From an uncultured Ruminococcus sp. (lineage in GTDB: Bacteria > Bacillota > Clostridia > Oscillospirales > Ruminococcaceae): a stretch of DNA of 64,000 nt. The notes beneath the pieces were generated by a model. That model saw only the letters and a list, made by a program, of their open reading frames with translations. It did not search any database and had not been told where the DNA came from. The stretch lies in the NCBI GenBank assembly GCA_964540575.1, contig CAZINI010000010.1, forward strand, positions 42 to 64,041, written 5' to 3'. Position 1 is the stretch's first letter. Each line of letters starts with the position of its first letter. Shown one piece after another: positions 9,319 through 18,081 of the stretch. The position numbers were made by a program, and so were the translations under genes.

Positions 9319-9453
9319 ATTCATTTTTTATAACCATATTCAATTTATAAATATAAAATCTACTTGATTTTATGCCATTTTGTAAATATAAAAATCAAGA
9401 GTATGATGCTTATAAAATAAATAAGTGGGTTAATAAACGGGTTATTTTTAGAA

Positions 9454-10566
9454 TTATTTATCGTTAATAATCTCCTCAAAAATGCCTTGGATCATTTTTG
9501 CGGCTTCATTCTTATCACTGCCCAATTCGTGTGAATATACTCCGTAAGTATCCATATCTTTACTGTGTCCTACAAGCTGTTTAAGGTATCCTTCGGGCAA
9601 TGATTTTGTAATAGAAACAAATGTGTGTCGCAGCTCATATAATGTTGTTTTGGCAGATAACTGATTATAATCACGGTATTTACGCCAATGCAGAGAATAT
9701 GTTCTTTCGGCAACATTTTCTCCATATTCATTTGGAAAGACAAATTTCGAAGTAATGCCGTTCCTTTTGAGCATTTCTTTTTGATCATCAAGGACTTGCT
9801 GTGAAAACTCTGTCAGTTGAAAACTGCGGCGAGCATTTTCATTTTTTCCACTTGTGACTTCGCCATATACGTTGATTGAACGCTTTAAATTAACGTCTTG
9901 TCCTTTTATGTCAGACCACTTTAAGCCAATGATCTCACCCGGACGCATTCCGGTTAATACTTGAAATCTATATGCGTTGATGTATATATCATATCTTTCG
10001 GCACCTTTTCTTAATGTAACATCTGAAAGAAAAAGCTTTTTTACGTCCTCGGGCTGTAAAATGGCTTTTTCTTTTGTTTTTGCTCCTTTGGGGATACTGA
10101 GATTTTCGGGATATAGCGTAGTATATTTATTCATACGGCAGAATTTAAGCCACGATGATATGCAATTCTTTATATTTTGCAGCGTTTTTTTAGCTAAGCC
10201 TTTATTGTAAGCGTTGTTGATGACGTTTTGTAAGTGCTGTTCGGTGAGAGCTTGTATTTTTAATGTGCCTATCTTGGGATTTATCCAATTGTTGATATAG
10301 CGTTCATATTGGATATAATGAGATTTTGAAGTAGTGAGCTTTAGCTGCTCAATATATTCTTCTGTTGTCTTTTTTACGTTCAGACGTGTATTGATTATGT
10401 TATCTTCAAGCCACGCATCGGCTTTTGCATTAGCTTCACGCTGTCCTGTTCTGCCGGGTGTGCTGCTGTAAAACGTTTTCCGTATTCCGTCCTTTTGGAC
10501 TTTTATCTGCCAGCGGTTGTATTTATCCATCCAAACGGCGGTGTTGGTGCGTTTCGTAGGTATCAC
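9454..10566 (-). CDS. int: tyrosine-type site-specific integrase
   Basis: 370-aa ORF with a GTG start behind AAAGGAAG. SAM-like N-terminal domain and catalytic C-terminus with R (TGMRPGE), HTFVS, HSKDMDTYGVYSH (H-x-x-R / Y context). Confidence 0.9.
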   Translation of the reverse strand: MIPTKRTNTAVWMDKYNRWQIKVQKDGIRKTFYSSTPGRTGQREANAKADAWLEDNIINTRLNVKKTTEEYIEQLKLTTSKSHYIQYERYINNWINPKIGTLKIQALTEQHLQNVINNAYNKGLAKKTLQNIKNCISSWLKFCRMNKYTTLYPENLSIPKGAKTKEKAILQPEDVKKLFLSDVTLRKGAERYDIYINAYRFQVLTGMRPGEIIGLKWSDIKGQDVNLKRSINVYGEVTSGKNENARRSFQLTEFSQQVLDDQKEMLKRNGITSKFVFPNEYGENVAERTYSLHWRKYRDYNQLSAKTTLYELRHTFVSITKSLPEGYLKQLVGHSKDMDTYGVYSHELGSDKNEAAKMIQGIFEEIINDK

Positions 10567-10572
10567 TTCCTT

Positions 10573-11145
10573 TTATTCCCCATTGGGGAATGTTTTTTTT
10601 CTTCTGTCATAGTTGATTTTATATGATAGTGCATCTTCTGAATATTCAATATCTTCTGGGCAAATTGATATGTAGTCAATTTTATTTAGCTTATAGAGAT
10701 TTTCTTTTTCTTTCCTATATTTTAAGTATTCTTCATCATTTAAACCCCAATACTCAATATATAAATTTCTGCTTGGTATGTAAAAATCGGGTATTTTATA
10801 CACTAATAATCCACTTTCAGTATAAAGCGGCAAAATTGGTTCATAAGCGTGCAAATACGAGTTGTGATAAAGCCAATTATCAATTTTCTGCTCCTTTTCC
10901 GATCTAACATAATGACCATCTTCACATCTGAATTTCAGAGGAGTCTTCATATTTTTACGATAAGCATTGTTAAAGTCAACCGGCTCTAACATACAAGAAC
11001 AGCCTTCTGCAACAATGTAAAATTTTTTGCAATATTCGCATTGCTTGATTTGACCTTCATTTTTTTTAGTATTACAATTTCTGCATAATTGATATTTGTC
11101 CCCACAAGTATCACCGCAGATTTGACATTTTTTTGTTATTTCCAT
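10573..11145 (-). CDS. zinc-ribbon protein with a PD-(D/E)xK-like nuclease-fold C-terminal domain (tentative)
   Basis: 190-aa ORF. N-terminal CxxC clusters (CQICGDTC, CRNC, CEYC), then ...SEKEQKIDNWL...YEP...IPDFYIP...LYIEYWG, which resembles the small nuclease-like domain seen at helicase IV-type N-termini. The C-terminal FPNGE is encoded by a palindrome copy. Confidence 0.4.
   Translation of the reverse strand: MEITKKCQICGDTCGDKYQLCRNCNTKKNEGQIKQCEYCKKFYIVAEGCSCMLEPVDFNNAYRKNMKTPLKFRCEDGHYVRSEKEQKIDNWLYHNSYLHAYEPILPLYTESGLLVYKIPDFYIPSRNLYIEYWGLNDEEYLKYRKEKENLYKLNKIDYISICPEDIEYSEDALSYKINYDRRKKTFPNGE
10575..10591. repeat. palindrome copy P1 (ATTCCCC-ATT-GGGGAAT)
   Basis: Read directly. Lies 8 nt upstream (minus-strand sense) of the int GTG/RBS and forms the last codons of ORF 10573-11145. 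Confidence 0.9.
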
Positions 11146-11210
11146 TTTTCTCTTCCCCTGTATGATAAATTTTAAATAATGAGTATTCTTGACTTAATGC
11201 GTTTTTGTCA

Positions 11211-11555
11211 TTATGATACATCTTCTTTTTCCTCTGGTGGATAGTTGTTGTATAGCATTTCCATTCGCTCTAGTATTCTGCCTTGATCCCTTGGTTTTAA
11301 TTTTGAGAATTTTTCCAAGCATTCTTGTTCATCAAGACTAAGGGATGTCGCACTTCTTTCTTTTCCTGTGCATAAGTATTCTATTGACACACCCAAAAAA
11401 TCCGCAATTACGGATAAATTTTCAGCAGCAGGGTTTGTTCCTTTTTTCTTCCAATCAGATACGGCAGATGAAGATATGCCAGTTTGTATAGCTAAATCTT
11501 TTTGCTTAAGACTCTTTTCTTTTAATAAAAGAAAAATTCGTTGTGAAATTGTCAT
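11211..11555 (-). CDS. XRE-family HTH repressor (cI-like)
   Basis: 114-aa ORF with an HTH_3 signature (LKEKSLKQKDLAIQTGISSSAVSDWKKKGTNP). Divergent from the BRO operon. Confidence 0.85.
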   Translation of the reverse strand: MTISQRIFLLLKEKSLKQKDLAIQTGISSSAVSDWKKKGTNPAAENLSVIADFLGVSIEYLCTGKERSATSLSLDEQECLEKFSKLKPRDQGRILERMEMLYNNYPPEEKEDVS

Positions 11556-11590
11556 ATAATCAGTCCTTTAAAATGGCAGAATTGCACAAT

Positions 11591-11683
11591 AATTAAGAAA
11601 TACGGATTTTCTTCTTGACAAATTAAGATATACGGATTATAATTAAGATAAATTAGTAATTCATTACATTTTGTGTAATGAAT
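11591..11683 (+). promoter_or_regulatory. divergent control region: direct-repeat operators, consensus promoter and leader hairpin
   Basis: AATTAAGAAATACGGATT (11591-11608), AATTAAGATATACGGATT (11621-11638) and a partial AATTAAGATA (11641-11650). TTGACA 11615-11620, 17 nt, TATAAT 11638-11643. Inverted repeat ATTCATTACA / TGTAATGAAT (11659-11668 / 11674-11683). Confidence 0.55.
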
Positions 11684-11746
11684 CATATACTCCTTTTTAT
11701 TATAAAACATATTCGATGAAAAGTCAACAAAAAATAAGAGGTAAAA

Positions 11747-12367
11747 ATGGTTAATGAAATAAAAATGTGGAACTACAATAATTCAAATATAAGAACCGTA
11801 GATATTGACAATGAGTATTGGTGGGTTCTTGCTGATGTCTGCAACGTTTTAGAATTGTCTAATCCCCGTGTTGTTGCGGATAGACTTGATGATGATGAAC
11901 GCCGTAAGCTTGACTTACCCCGTCAGGGTGAAACGTGGTTTATCAACGAAAGCGGCTTATACAGTGTAATTCTCCGTTCCGACAAACCACAGGCAAAGCC
12001 ATTCAAACGGTGGGTAACACACGAAGTACTTCCATCTATCAGAAGGACAGGCTCATACACCGCACCACAAGCCCATACAAGCGAGTTTGAAAGCTTGTCA
12101 AGGAGAATAGAGGTGCTTGAACAAAATGCTCTCCTGCGGCGTGTAGAAGCGTTAGAAAACACTTATGATATGACAGAGTGTGACAGTGTATATTATAAAT
12201 CGGTTGAACAGTTTCCGCCGCACATAAAGGCGGCTGTTGACTGTATGATCAACAAAAATTACTGTTTAGGAGCCGTTTTAGACTTCTTGGACGATAACAA
12301 TATCAGTATCCCATTTGGCACAATAAAAAAATATATCAAAAGAAAGGCGGATAGAAGTGGATATTAA
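11747..12367 (+). CDS. BRO-N domain antirepressor-like protein
   Basis: 206-aa ORF. The N-terminus (IRTVDIDNEYWWVLADVCNVLELSNP...) matches the Bro-N / prophage antirepressor pattern. Confidence 0.7.
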   Translation: MVNEIKMWNYNNSNIRTVDIDNEYWWVLADVCNVLELSNPRVVADRLDDDERRKLDLPRQGETWFINESGLYSVILRSDKPQAKPFKRWVTHEVLPSIRRTGSYTAPQAHTSEFESLSRRIEVLEQNALLRRVEALENTYDMTECDSVYYKSVEQFPPHIKAAVDCMINKNYCLGAVLDFLDDNNISIPFGTIKKYIKRKADRSGY

Positions 12368-12617
12368 CACAGGAAGAATTATCAAAGCAAGGTTAGCAGC
12401 TCTGGGCAAAAGTCAAAAAGATCTGTTTATGGAGCTGAATAACAGAGGAATACGACTCAGTACGGTACAGCAGCTTTATCAGTACATTAACGGCTACAAT
12501 ATTACATATAAGGCTCAGAATGTGCTGAGTGCATCGTTAAAAATACTCAGTTATTGGGAAAGCGAGGCTGAAAGGAATGGCAAAACCGTTTACGAAGTTA
12601 AGAGCAAGACTTCTTGA
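12357..12617 (+). CDS. small HTH-like protein
   Basis: 86-aa ORF (KARLAALGKSQKDLFMELNNRGIRLSTVQQ). 11-nt overlap with the upstream gene. Confidence 0.45.
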   Translation: MDINTGRIIKARLAALGKSQKDLFMELNNRGIRLSTVQQLYQYINGYNITYKAQNVLSASLKILSYWESEAERNGKTVYEVKSKTS

Positions 12618-12825
12618 GGAAGATATTGACCAAAAGACTGTTGCTGAACGCATACACATAGATCCAAGTACGCTTTCAAAAAAGCTTATGGGTTACAGTC
12701 CGTTCACCGCCGATGAAATGTATATGATATGCGATCTCCTACATATCGAGGATAATGAGCTGCACATATTTTTCCCAAGGCGGCAGGAACAATTAGCTCA
12801 AAGAGGAAAATGTGTTCGTAATTAG
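12577..12825 (+). CDS. small HTH protein (Cro/DUF739-like)
   Basis: 82-aa ORF (LRARLLEEDIDQKTVAERIHIDPSTLSKKLMG). Confidence 0.5.
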   Translation: MAKPFTKLRARLLEEDIDQKTVAERIHIDPSTLSKKLMGYSPFTADEMYMICDLLHIEDNELHIFFPRRQEQLAQRGKCVRN

Positions 12826-12972
12826 TCCTCACCTTTTAGGGGGGGAATTGCTCCTCACCTTTGGGGGAAATTACTCCTCACCTTTTTGGAAATTACTCCT
12901 CACCTTTAGAGGAAATTGCTCCTCACCTTTTCGGGATTAATCCTCACCTTTGAGAAATTGCTCCTCACCTTT
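12826..12972 (+). repeat. iteron array (7 direct repeats), probable oriV
   Basis: TCCTCACCTTT at 12826, 12852, 12875, 12897, 12920, 12941 and 12962 (spacing 21-26 bp), most preceded by ATT(G/A)C. An AT-rich stretch (12990-13070) follows, then the Rep gene. Confidence 0.8.
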
Positions 12973-13112
12973 AAGTCTGTAAAGCCTTATTCTATTAGGG
13001 TTCGCAGGCTCGGTAAACAAGCTTATAACAAGTATATAAATATGTTATATAAACAAGCAATCTAACATTTGACGGTTTGACTGTTGGTTTTCATCAGAAA
13101 AGAAGTGAAAAA

Positions 13113-14135
13113 ATGTCTGAAAAAAAGGAATACGTTATTGAGATGTCACACAGGCTCAATTTGATGCGGAGTGAAAAATTCTGTACTAATGAGCTGAAAG
13201 TATTGGATAAATACTTATCAAGAATAAATCCACGTGATAAGAGTACCCGGAAAGTAATCTTTACTCTCAAGGAGTTTCAGAAGGATCTGGGAATAACCGA
13301 TCTGAGATATAAAACTCTCAGAACTAATGTAGAAGCTCTTCTCGGAAGATGTGTGTTTCTTCCGAATGCTAATACGGGTGAATTTATTGGCTTCCAGCTT
13401 TTTAAGGAAGTTGAGTTGAAAAAAGATGATGTAAAGGGTTGGATCGTTACTCTTGATTGCCACGACAGAGCTGTCGATTTGTTTTTTGATATTGCAAAGG
13501 ACGGTTATTTCATCAGAAAGCTGAAATATAGTATGCGTCTTAACTCTGCAAATCAGATAAAGTTCTATATGCTGATGAAGGAATATGAAGGACTCGGCAA
13601 AAAGACGATAAAGCTTGCAGAGCTTATCGATTGGCTCAAGGTAAATCCTGATATGCCGTGGAAATATTTTAAGCGTGACGTAGTCGATATTTGTCAAAAA
13701 GCATTGTCTGAGCTTACGGACGTAACTTTCACATATGAGTGTAAACGATGTGGGCATTCATACGAATACATTACCTTTTTCATAAAGCCGAACCATCAGG
13801 AACAACTAATGTTTGATGATTATGAAGAAAACGAGGAATATCAAACAAAAGTCGAAAATGATGAACAGGAAAAAGAAAATACATACAGCAATGAAAAAAT
13901 TGAATTTCTTGCCGATGCCTGCGATAATTACTTTTCGGAAGATGAAATGCAAATCATTTACAGTATCATAGCTAGGAAGATACCAAGCCATAAAGATGAT
14001 TTAGCAAGATATGATTACCTGCTTCTTAAATACAAGGAGCTAAAACACAGAATTTCCCGAACAGATTTGCCGCCATTAAAATCAAAGTTCAATTACTTCA
14101 AATTTATGCTTGAAAATGATGTTAAGGAGGATTGA
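13113..14135 (+). CDS. rep: plasmid-type replication initiator (Rep_3/RepB-like, tentative family)
   Basis: About 340-aa ORF directly downstream of the iterons. The N-terminus resembles winged-helix initiators (IEMSHRLNLMRSEKFCTNELKVLDKYLSRI). ATG 13113 preferred over the track start 13077. Confidence 0.65.
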   Translation: MSEKKEYVIEMSHRLNLMRSEKFCTNELKVLDKYLSRINPRDKSTRKVIFTLKEFQKDLGITDLRYKTLRTNVEALLGRCVFLPNANTGEFIGFQLFKEVELKKDDVKGWIVTLDCHDRAVDLFFDIAKDGYFIRKLKYSMRLNSANQIKFYMLMKEYEGLGKKTIKLAELIDWLKVNPDMPWKYFKRDVVDICQKALSELTDVTFTYECKRCGHSYEYITFFIKPNHQEQLMFDDYEENEEYQTKVENDEQEKENTYSNEKIEFLADACDNYFSEDEMQIIYSIIARKIPSHKDDLARYDYLLLKYKELKHRISRTDLPPLKSKFNYFKFMLENDVKED

Positions 14136-14451
14136 AGCTTTGTAATGACTGCTACAATTTTTTACAAAGGTAGAAAAATGAAGATTTGAGGTGAATTTTT
14201 GTGGATATTATTCTTATAATATGTTGCGTCATTGGAATTAACATTGGCTGTCATCTTACGTTTTCAGATGATAAATGCAGTGTAACTGAAATTGTGGTTG
14301 CAATAATTACTTTTGACTACAAATTCTTAAATAGTCATTGCGATTTGAGAAAAGCACGTCTTCTTAGAAATATTCTTCTGGTCGAGTTAATGATAGTCTT
14401 AAGTATTATGAAATTATAATACTACCATAAATAAAGTAGAGGTGGAGCAAT

Positions 14452-14694
14452 ATGGCAAATTTAACGATTGAAGCGATTGAAGCATTACCGAAAGAATTCC
14501 TGAATGCCGAAGAAGCAGCAGCGGCTATCGGAATGTCACGGCGGCTTTTTTACAGATGCGTAGAAAGTATGCCTTTCCCTGTTCTTCGGATCGGCAGAAC
14601 TTACCGCATCCCTAAAAAACCGTTCATTGAGTATATGCGGACGGGTCGGTGGGATGACGGAAAGCAGGATAAACCGATTTTGCAGGATAAGTGA
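14452..14694 (+). CDS. xis: excisionase / MerR-like HTH_17 DNA-binding protein
   Basis: 80-aa ORF behind GAGGTGGAG. LNAEEAAAAIGMSRRLFYRCVESMPFPVLRIGRTYRIPKKPFIEYM is the classic excisionase-family motif. Confidence 0.75.
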   Translation: MANLTIEAIEALPKEFLNAEEAAAAIGMSRRLFYRCVESMPFPVLRIGRTYRIPKKPFIEYMRTGRWDDGKQDKPILQDK

Positions 14695-14779
14695 TTTTTT
14701 TCTTTTTCGATATTTCTTTATATGAAAAGAAAATGTACAGCGAAGAAAATAGTGAAAAAATTAAACAGGAGGGCGGATA

Positions 14780-15229
14780 ATGAAAGCGATACCGTTGGAA
14801 TTATGGCAGGCAAACGAATTTGTTGATAAGTATCATCGCCATCATAGTAGTGTTTACAGAGATAAGTTTAGGATAGGCTGTGTAGATGATGATGGTAATC
14901 TTATCGGAGTCGTACAATGTTCACGTCCTGTAAGTAGGATTTTAGACGATGGAAAAACAATAGAGGTTGTACGACTTTGTACAGATGGCAGTAGGAATGT
15001 ATGCTCTTTCCTTTATTCAAGAGCGGCTCGGATTGCTACCGAAATGGGATATAAGAAAATTATCACATACATACTTGAAGATGAAAACGGAAGGTCGCTT
15101 AAGTCTTGTGGTTGGCAAAAGGAATGTGACATAAAAGGACACGATTGGAGCTGTCCATCACGTCCAAGAAATACTAAAGCACCGACTTGTGACAAACAGC
15201 GATGGTGCAGAATACTCAATCAGAAATGA
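14780..15229 (+). CDS. GNAT-fold protein of a phage/ICE-associated family (XF1762-like, tentative)
   Basis: 149-aa ORF behind CAGGAGGGCGG. FVDKYHRHHSS...GVVQCSRPVSR...VRLCTDG...MGYKKIITYILEDENGRSLKSCGW. Confidence 0.4.
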   Translation: MKAIPLELWQANEFVDKYHRHHSSVYRDKFRIGCVDDDGNLIGVVQCSRPVSRILDDGKTIEVVRLCTDGSRNVCSFLYSRAARIATEMGYKKIITYILEDENGRSLKSCGWQKECDIKGHDWSCPSRPRNTKAPTCDKQRWCRILNQK

Positions 15230-15311
15230 TGGAAGCATGATAATCCAATTTGCACGACGAGTGAATTTTTTCTTTTTCGATATTCTTATTAAAAAGGAAA
15301 GGTGATATATT

Positions 15312-15593
15312 ATGGTTACTTGGGAAAAAGTACACGATAAAATAAACAGCGATTTGACAGCAATTGAAGATGAAAAGAAATATGGCGATTCGACCGAAAT
15401 GTATTGTGAGCTGTATAAGCGTTATTTCAATTATGCTGCAAATTTGAGTGAGAAAGATAATAAGGACGAACTTGAATTTGTCAGCGAGTGTGTAAGAATG
15501 GTATGTGAAATGGTTGTGTCGGGTGCTATGCACAAGTATGGTTATCGTTTATCCGAAGCGACAGGGAGTTGCTATTGGCAAAAGGAGGATTAG
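15312..15593 (+). CDS. hypothetical protein
   Basis: 93-aa ORF behind AAGGAAAGGTGA, co-oriented with its neighbours. Preferred over the antisense ORF 15216-15533. Confidence 0.4.
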   Translation: MVTWEKVHDKINSDLTAIEDEKKYGDSTEMYCELYKRYFNYAANLSEKDNKDELEFVSECVRMVCEMVVSGAMHKYGYRLSEATGSCYWQKED

Positions 15594-15828
15594 ACGGCGA
15601 AAGCGGAATTCTGACAGTCAGAGCGTAATTAGAGGAGATGAGAAAATTGATTGAAGTTTTTATTTTGGAAGCTGTACTTTTTCTTGCGGTTCACTGTGCT
15701 TTCGTATATGGAGAACGTATTCTTAATGCGATTTCCAAGGTGCGGCGAGAGAATATTGATGAAAATGCCGAAAAAAGCAGCTCCGACAGCGAAAAATGAA
15801 AGGGGTTTGCTTGTAGCATAGCAAGAGC

Positions 15829-15848
15829 AGAAAAGTAATATTACTTTT
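15829..15848. promoter_or_regulatory. perfect 20-bp palindrome, candidate oriT inverted repeat
   Basis: GAAAAGTAATATTACTTTTC, about 75 nt upstream of mobC. A second inverted repeat TTAGGGA-AA-TCCCTAA lies at about 15877-15892. Confidence 0.3.
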
Positions 15849-15924
15849 CCCATAAAATGCCAAATAGCCTTTTATGGTTAGGGAAATCCCTAAAACCTAT
15901 ATCACTCATAAGGAGATGATACTA

Positions 15925-16266
15925 ATGCCCACACAAAAAAGAAATAAACAAAAACTTATATATTTTTCTCCCGAAGAATGGAGAATTGTTTGCAAAAGAG
16001 CAGCTGACGTTCATATGAAACCCGGAACATTTATACAAACGATCGCTGTGCAAGGTGAAATCAAAAAATACGATATGGCAGCACTGAACAATCTGAGGAT
16101 GTCGTTCAATCGCATCGGAGTGGAGCTTAACCAGATCGCAAGAGTTGCAAACAGCACACAGTCTGTTTATCAAAAAGACATTGAGGATATGCAGAAACAG
16201 ATGGAATACTTCCGTAAGGTAATGGACAATTATCTTGTCGAATTGAAGCCAACTATTATTTTATGA
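15925..16266 (+). CDS. mobC: MobC-family relaxosome accessory protein
   Basis: RNKQKLIYFSPEEWRIVCKRAADVHMKPGTFIQ...LNQIARVANS is the MobC pattern. ATG 15925 is 9 nt after AAGGAG. Confidence 0.8.
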   Translation: MPTQKRNKQKLIYFSPEEWRIVCKRAADVHMKPGTFIQTIAVQGEIKKYDMAALNNLRMSFNRIGVELNQIARVANSTQSVYQKDIEDMQKQMEYFRKVMDNYLVELKPTIIL

Positions 16267-16275
16267 GGTAGGAAT

Positions 16276-17736
16276 ATGCCGATAATTAAACACGTTGCTG
16301 TCCGAAAGCACCCGCTGAAGCTTTTGCAGTATATTACAAGAGGGGATAAGACCGACCAAGCAAAATATGTGACGGGGCTGAATTGTACAGCCGAAGTGCA
16401 AAGTGCGTATCAGGAGCTTGCGGCAACCTTTGAATGTTTCTCACAGGAGCGGTTTTATAAAAAGTCGCTGAATGAACAAAGTGAGGAAAACAATGAGAAA
16501 GTTTCAAAAGAGAAAATTCGGCTGCACCATTATATCCAATCTTTCAAGCCCGGTGAGGTTACGCCCGAAGAAGCTCACGAGATAGGAATTGAATGGGCGA
16601 AGCGGGTGTTCGGCAATAATCATCAGGTGTTGGTGAGTACGCATATCGACAGGGGACACATACATAATCATTTCGCAGTTTCCGCTTATGATCTGGAAGG
16701 CAAGCATTGGATAGACAATAAAGCGACTCTCAGGCATTGTTGGAAGATTTCCAACGATATTGCTTTGGAACACGGACTTAGCATTGTAGAAAATGAGAAA
16801 TATAAAGCCAATCATAAATACGGAGAATGGCTTGCAAGAAAGAACGGCATATCGTGGAAGCAAAAGCTTTGTGACGATATTGACCGCTTGATTTTGCAAG
16901 ACGAAGTGAGGAGTGTTGATGATTTGGCTGAACAGCTTCGCAAGCTTGGATATGTCGTAAATCACGGAAAGCATATTTCTGTTAAAGCATCTAAAAACCG
17001 AAAAGCAGTCAGAACGCTTCGGCTGGGTGACGGCTATGGTATAGAGGAACTGCAATATCGCATAGAGCATAAAAATCAGGAAATGTCACTTGCAGCTGTA
17101 ATGAAGTATGATGGTATTCAGAGAGAGTACGCACTTTGCTTGCGGCAGTTGCAGATTATGGTTTTCAGGAAATCTGAAAATCATTTGAAGGCTTCTTTTT
17201 CGGATTTAAGAAAAAATTCGGAACTGCTCAGTTTCCTTACCGAAAGAAATATTCGGTCTGTAACGGAATTTGAAAATCTGGTAAATGAAACAGCCGAAAA
17301 ATCCGATGAACTTTCCAAAAAGAAGAAACAACTTGCTTCGGAAATTGAGAAAGAAGAACAATTTCTTGCGATTGCCGAAAAGTATGCCGAGATAAATTCA
17401 AAAGAAAAACCTTCGCCCTCCGATATAAAGGAATTGATGGAAATGAAGAAAAAGCTTCCGGCGGGATTTTCCGATTTATCCAATATTGAAGCACATAAGA
17501 AAAAGCTTACAGAGCTGAAATCTCAATTTGCTGTGACAGCGGAAAATTTTGAAATAGTAAATGCTGAGAAGAAAGAGTACGGCAGCTATTATCAAAATTA
17601 TCTGCGGCAGATGCAAAGCGATTATGACATCCTGCTGGAAAAAGCTCGGGCAGAACAGAAAGCACTTGAAGAACAAAGGGCGGAAAAAGCTGAACTGGAT
17701 ATGGAAGATGAAAATCGAAGGAAGCGGGATAGGTAA
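16276..17736 (+). CDS. relaxase/mobilisation nuclease
   Basis: 486-aa ORF with an HxDxxHxH histidine triad (THIDRGHIHNHF), an N-terminal relaxase fold and a coiled-coil C-terminus. Confidence 0.85.
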   Translation: MPIIKHVAVRKHPLKLLQYITRGDKTDQAKYVTGLNCTAEVQSAYQELAATFECFSQERFYKKSLNEQSEENNEKVSKEKIRLHHYIQSFKPGEVTPEEAHEIGIEWAKRVFGNNHQVLVSTHIDRGHIHNHFAVSAYDLEGKHWIDNKATLRHCWKISNDIALEHGLSIVENEKYKANHKYGEWLARKNGISWKQKLCDDIDRLILQDEVRSVDDLAEQLRKLGYVVNHGKHISVKASKNRKAVRTLRLGDGYGIEELQYRIEHKNQEMSLAAVMKYDGIQREYALCLRQLQIMVFRKSENHLKASFSDLRKNSELLSFLTERNIRSVTEFENLVNETAEKSDELSKKKKQLASEIEKEEQFLAIAEKYAEINSKEKPSPSDIKELMEMKKKLPAGFSDLSNIEAHKKKLTELKSQFAVTAENFEIVNAEKKEYGSYYQNYLRQMQSDYDILLEKARAEQKALEEQRAEKAELDMEDENRRKRDR

Positions 17737-17757
17737 TATAAAGAGAGGTGTGAAAAA

Positions 17758-18057
17758 ATGCAGAACACAGCAAATAATCTGACCGAAACCGATTGGATCA
17801 ACATAGCATTGAAGCTTATGCATAAATACAAAAAAGAGCAGCATACATTTCCGCACCCGGCAGAGGAAAACTTAAAGTCTTGGACGGGAGAGTCTTGCCG
17901 TGGAATTGCCGAACAGATAAAAACTCATAGTGCTTCGGATAATGACTTTGGTGTCCTGTCAATGGAATGTGCGATCCTTATTTTGAACAAGCTCGCAGAT
18001 AATATGAAAGCTGATGAAACGCTTGAAGAGTATTTTCAGAGAAATGCAGTGAATTGA
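17758..18057 (+). CDS. hypothetical protein
   Basis: 99-aa ORF behind AGAGAGGTG, co-directional. Confidence 0.5.
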   Translation: MQNTANNLTETDWINIALKLMHKYKKEQHTFPHPAEENLKSWTGESCRGIAEQIKTHSASDNDFGVLSMECAILILNKLADNMKADETLEEYFQRNAVN

Positions 18058-18081
18058 AAAATTCAGAAGGGAGAATAGTCT

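Noticed and set aside
12826-12972. Regularly spaced repeats that could be mistaken for a CRISPR array
   Set aside because: The repeat unit is only 11-17 nt with a 21-26 nt period (CRISPR repeats are about 28-37 nt with comparable spacers). There are no cas genes, and the array lies directly upstream of a Rep gene. The interpretation is iterons.
14201-14419. 72-aa GTG-initiated ORF between rep and xis
   Set aside because: It has no convincing RBS and hydrophobic low-complexity content in an AT-rich spacer. It could be a small membrane peptide, but the evidence is insufficient.
15629-15853. 74-aa minus-strand ORF in the mobC upstream gap
   Set aside because: It is opposite in direction to all neighbours and overlaps a plus-strand 53-aa ORF (15638-15799) as well as the candidate oriT region. 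Neither can be supported confidently, so it is reported only as context.
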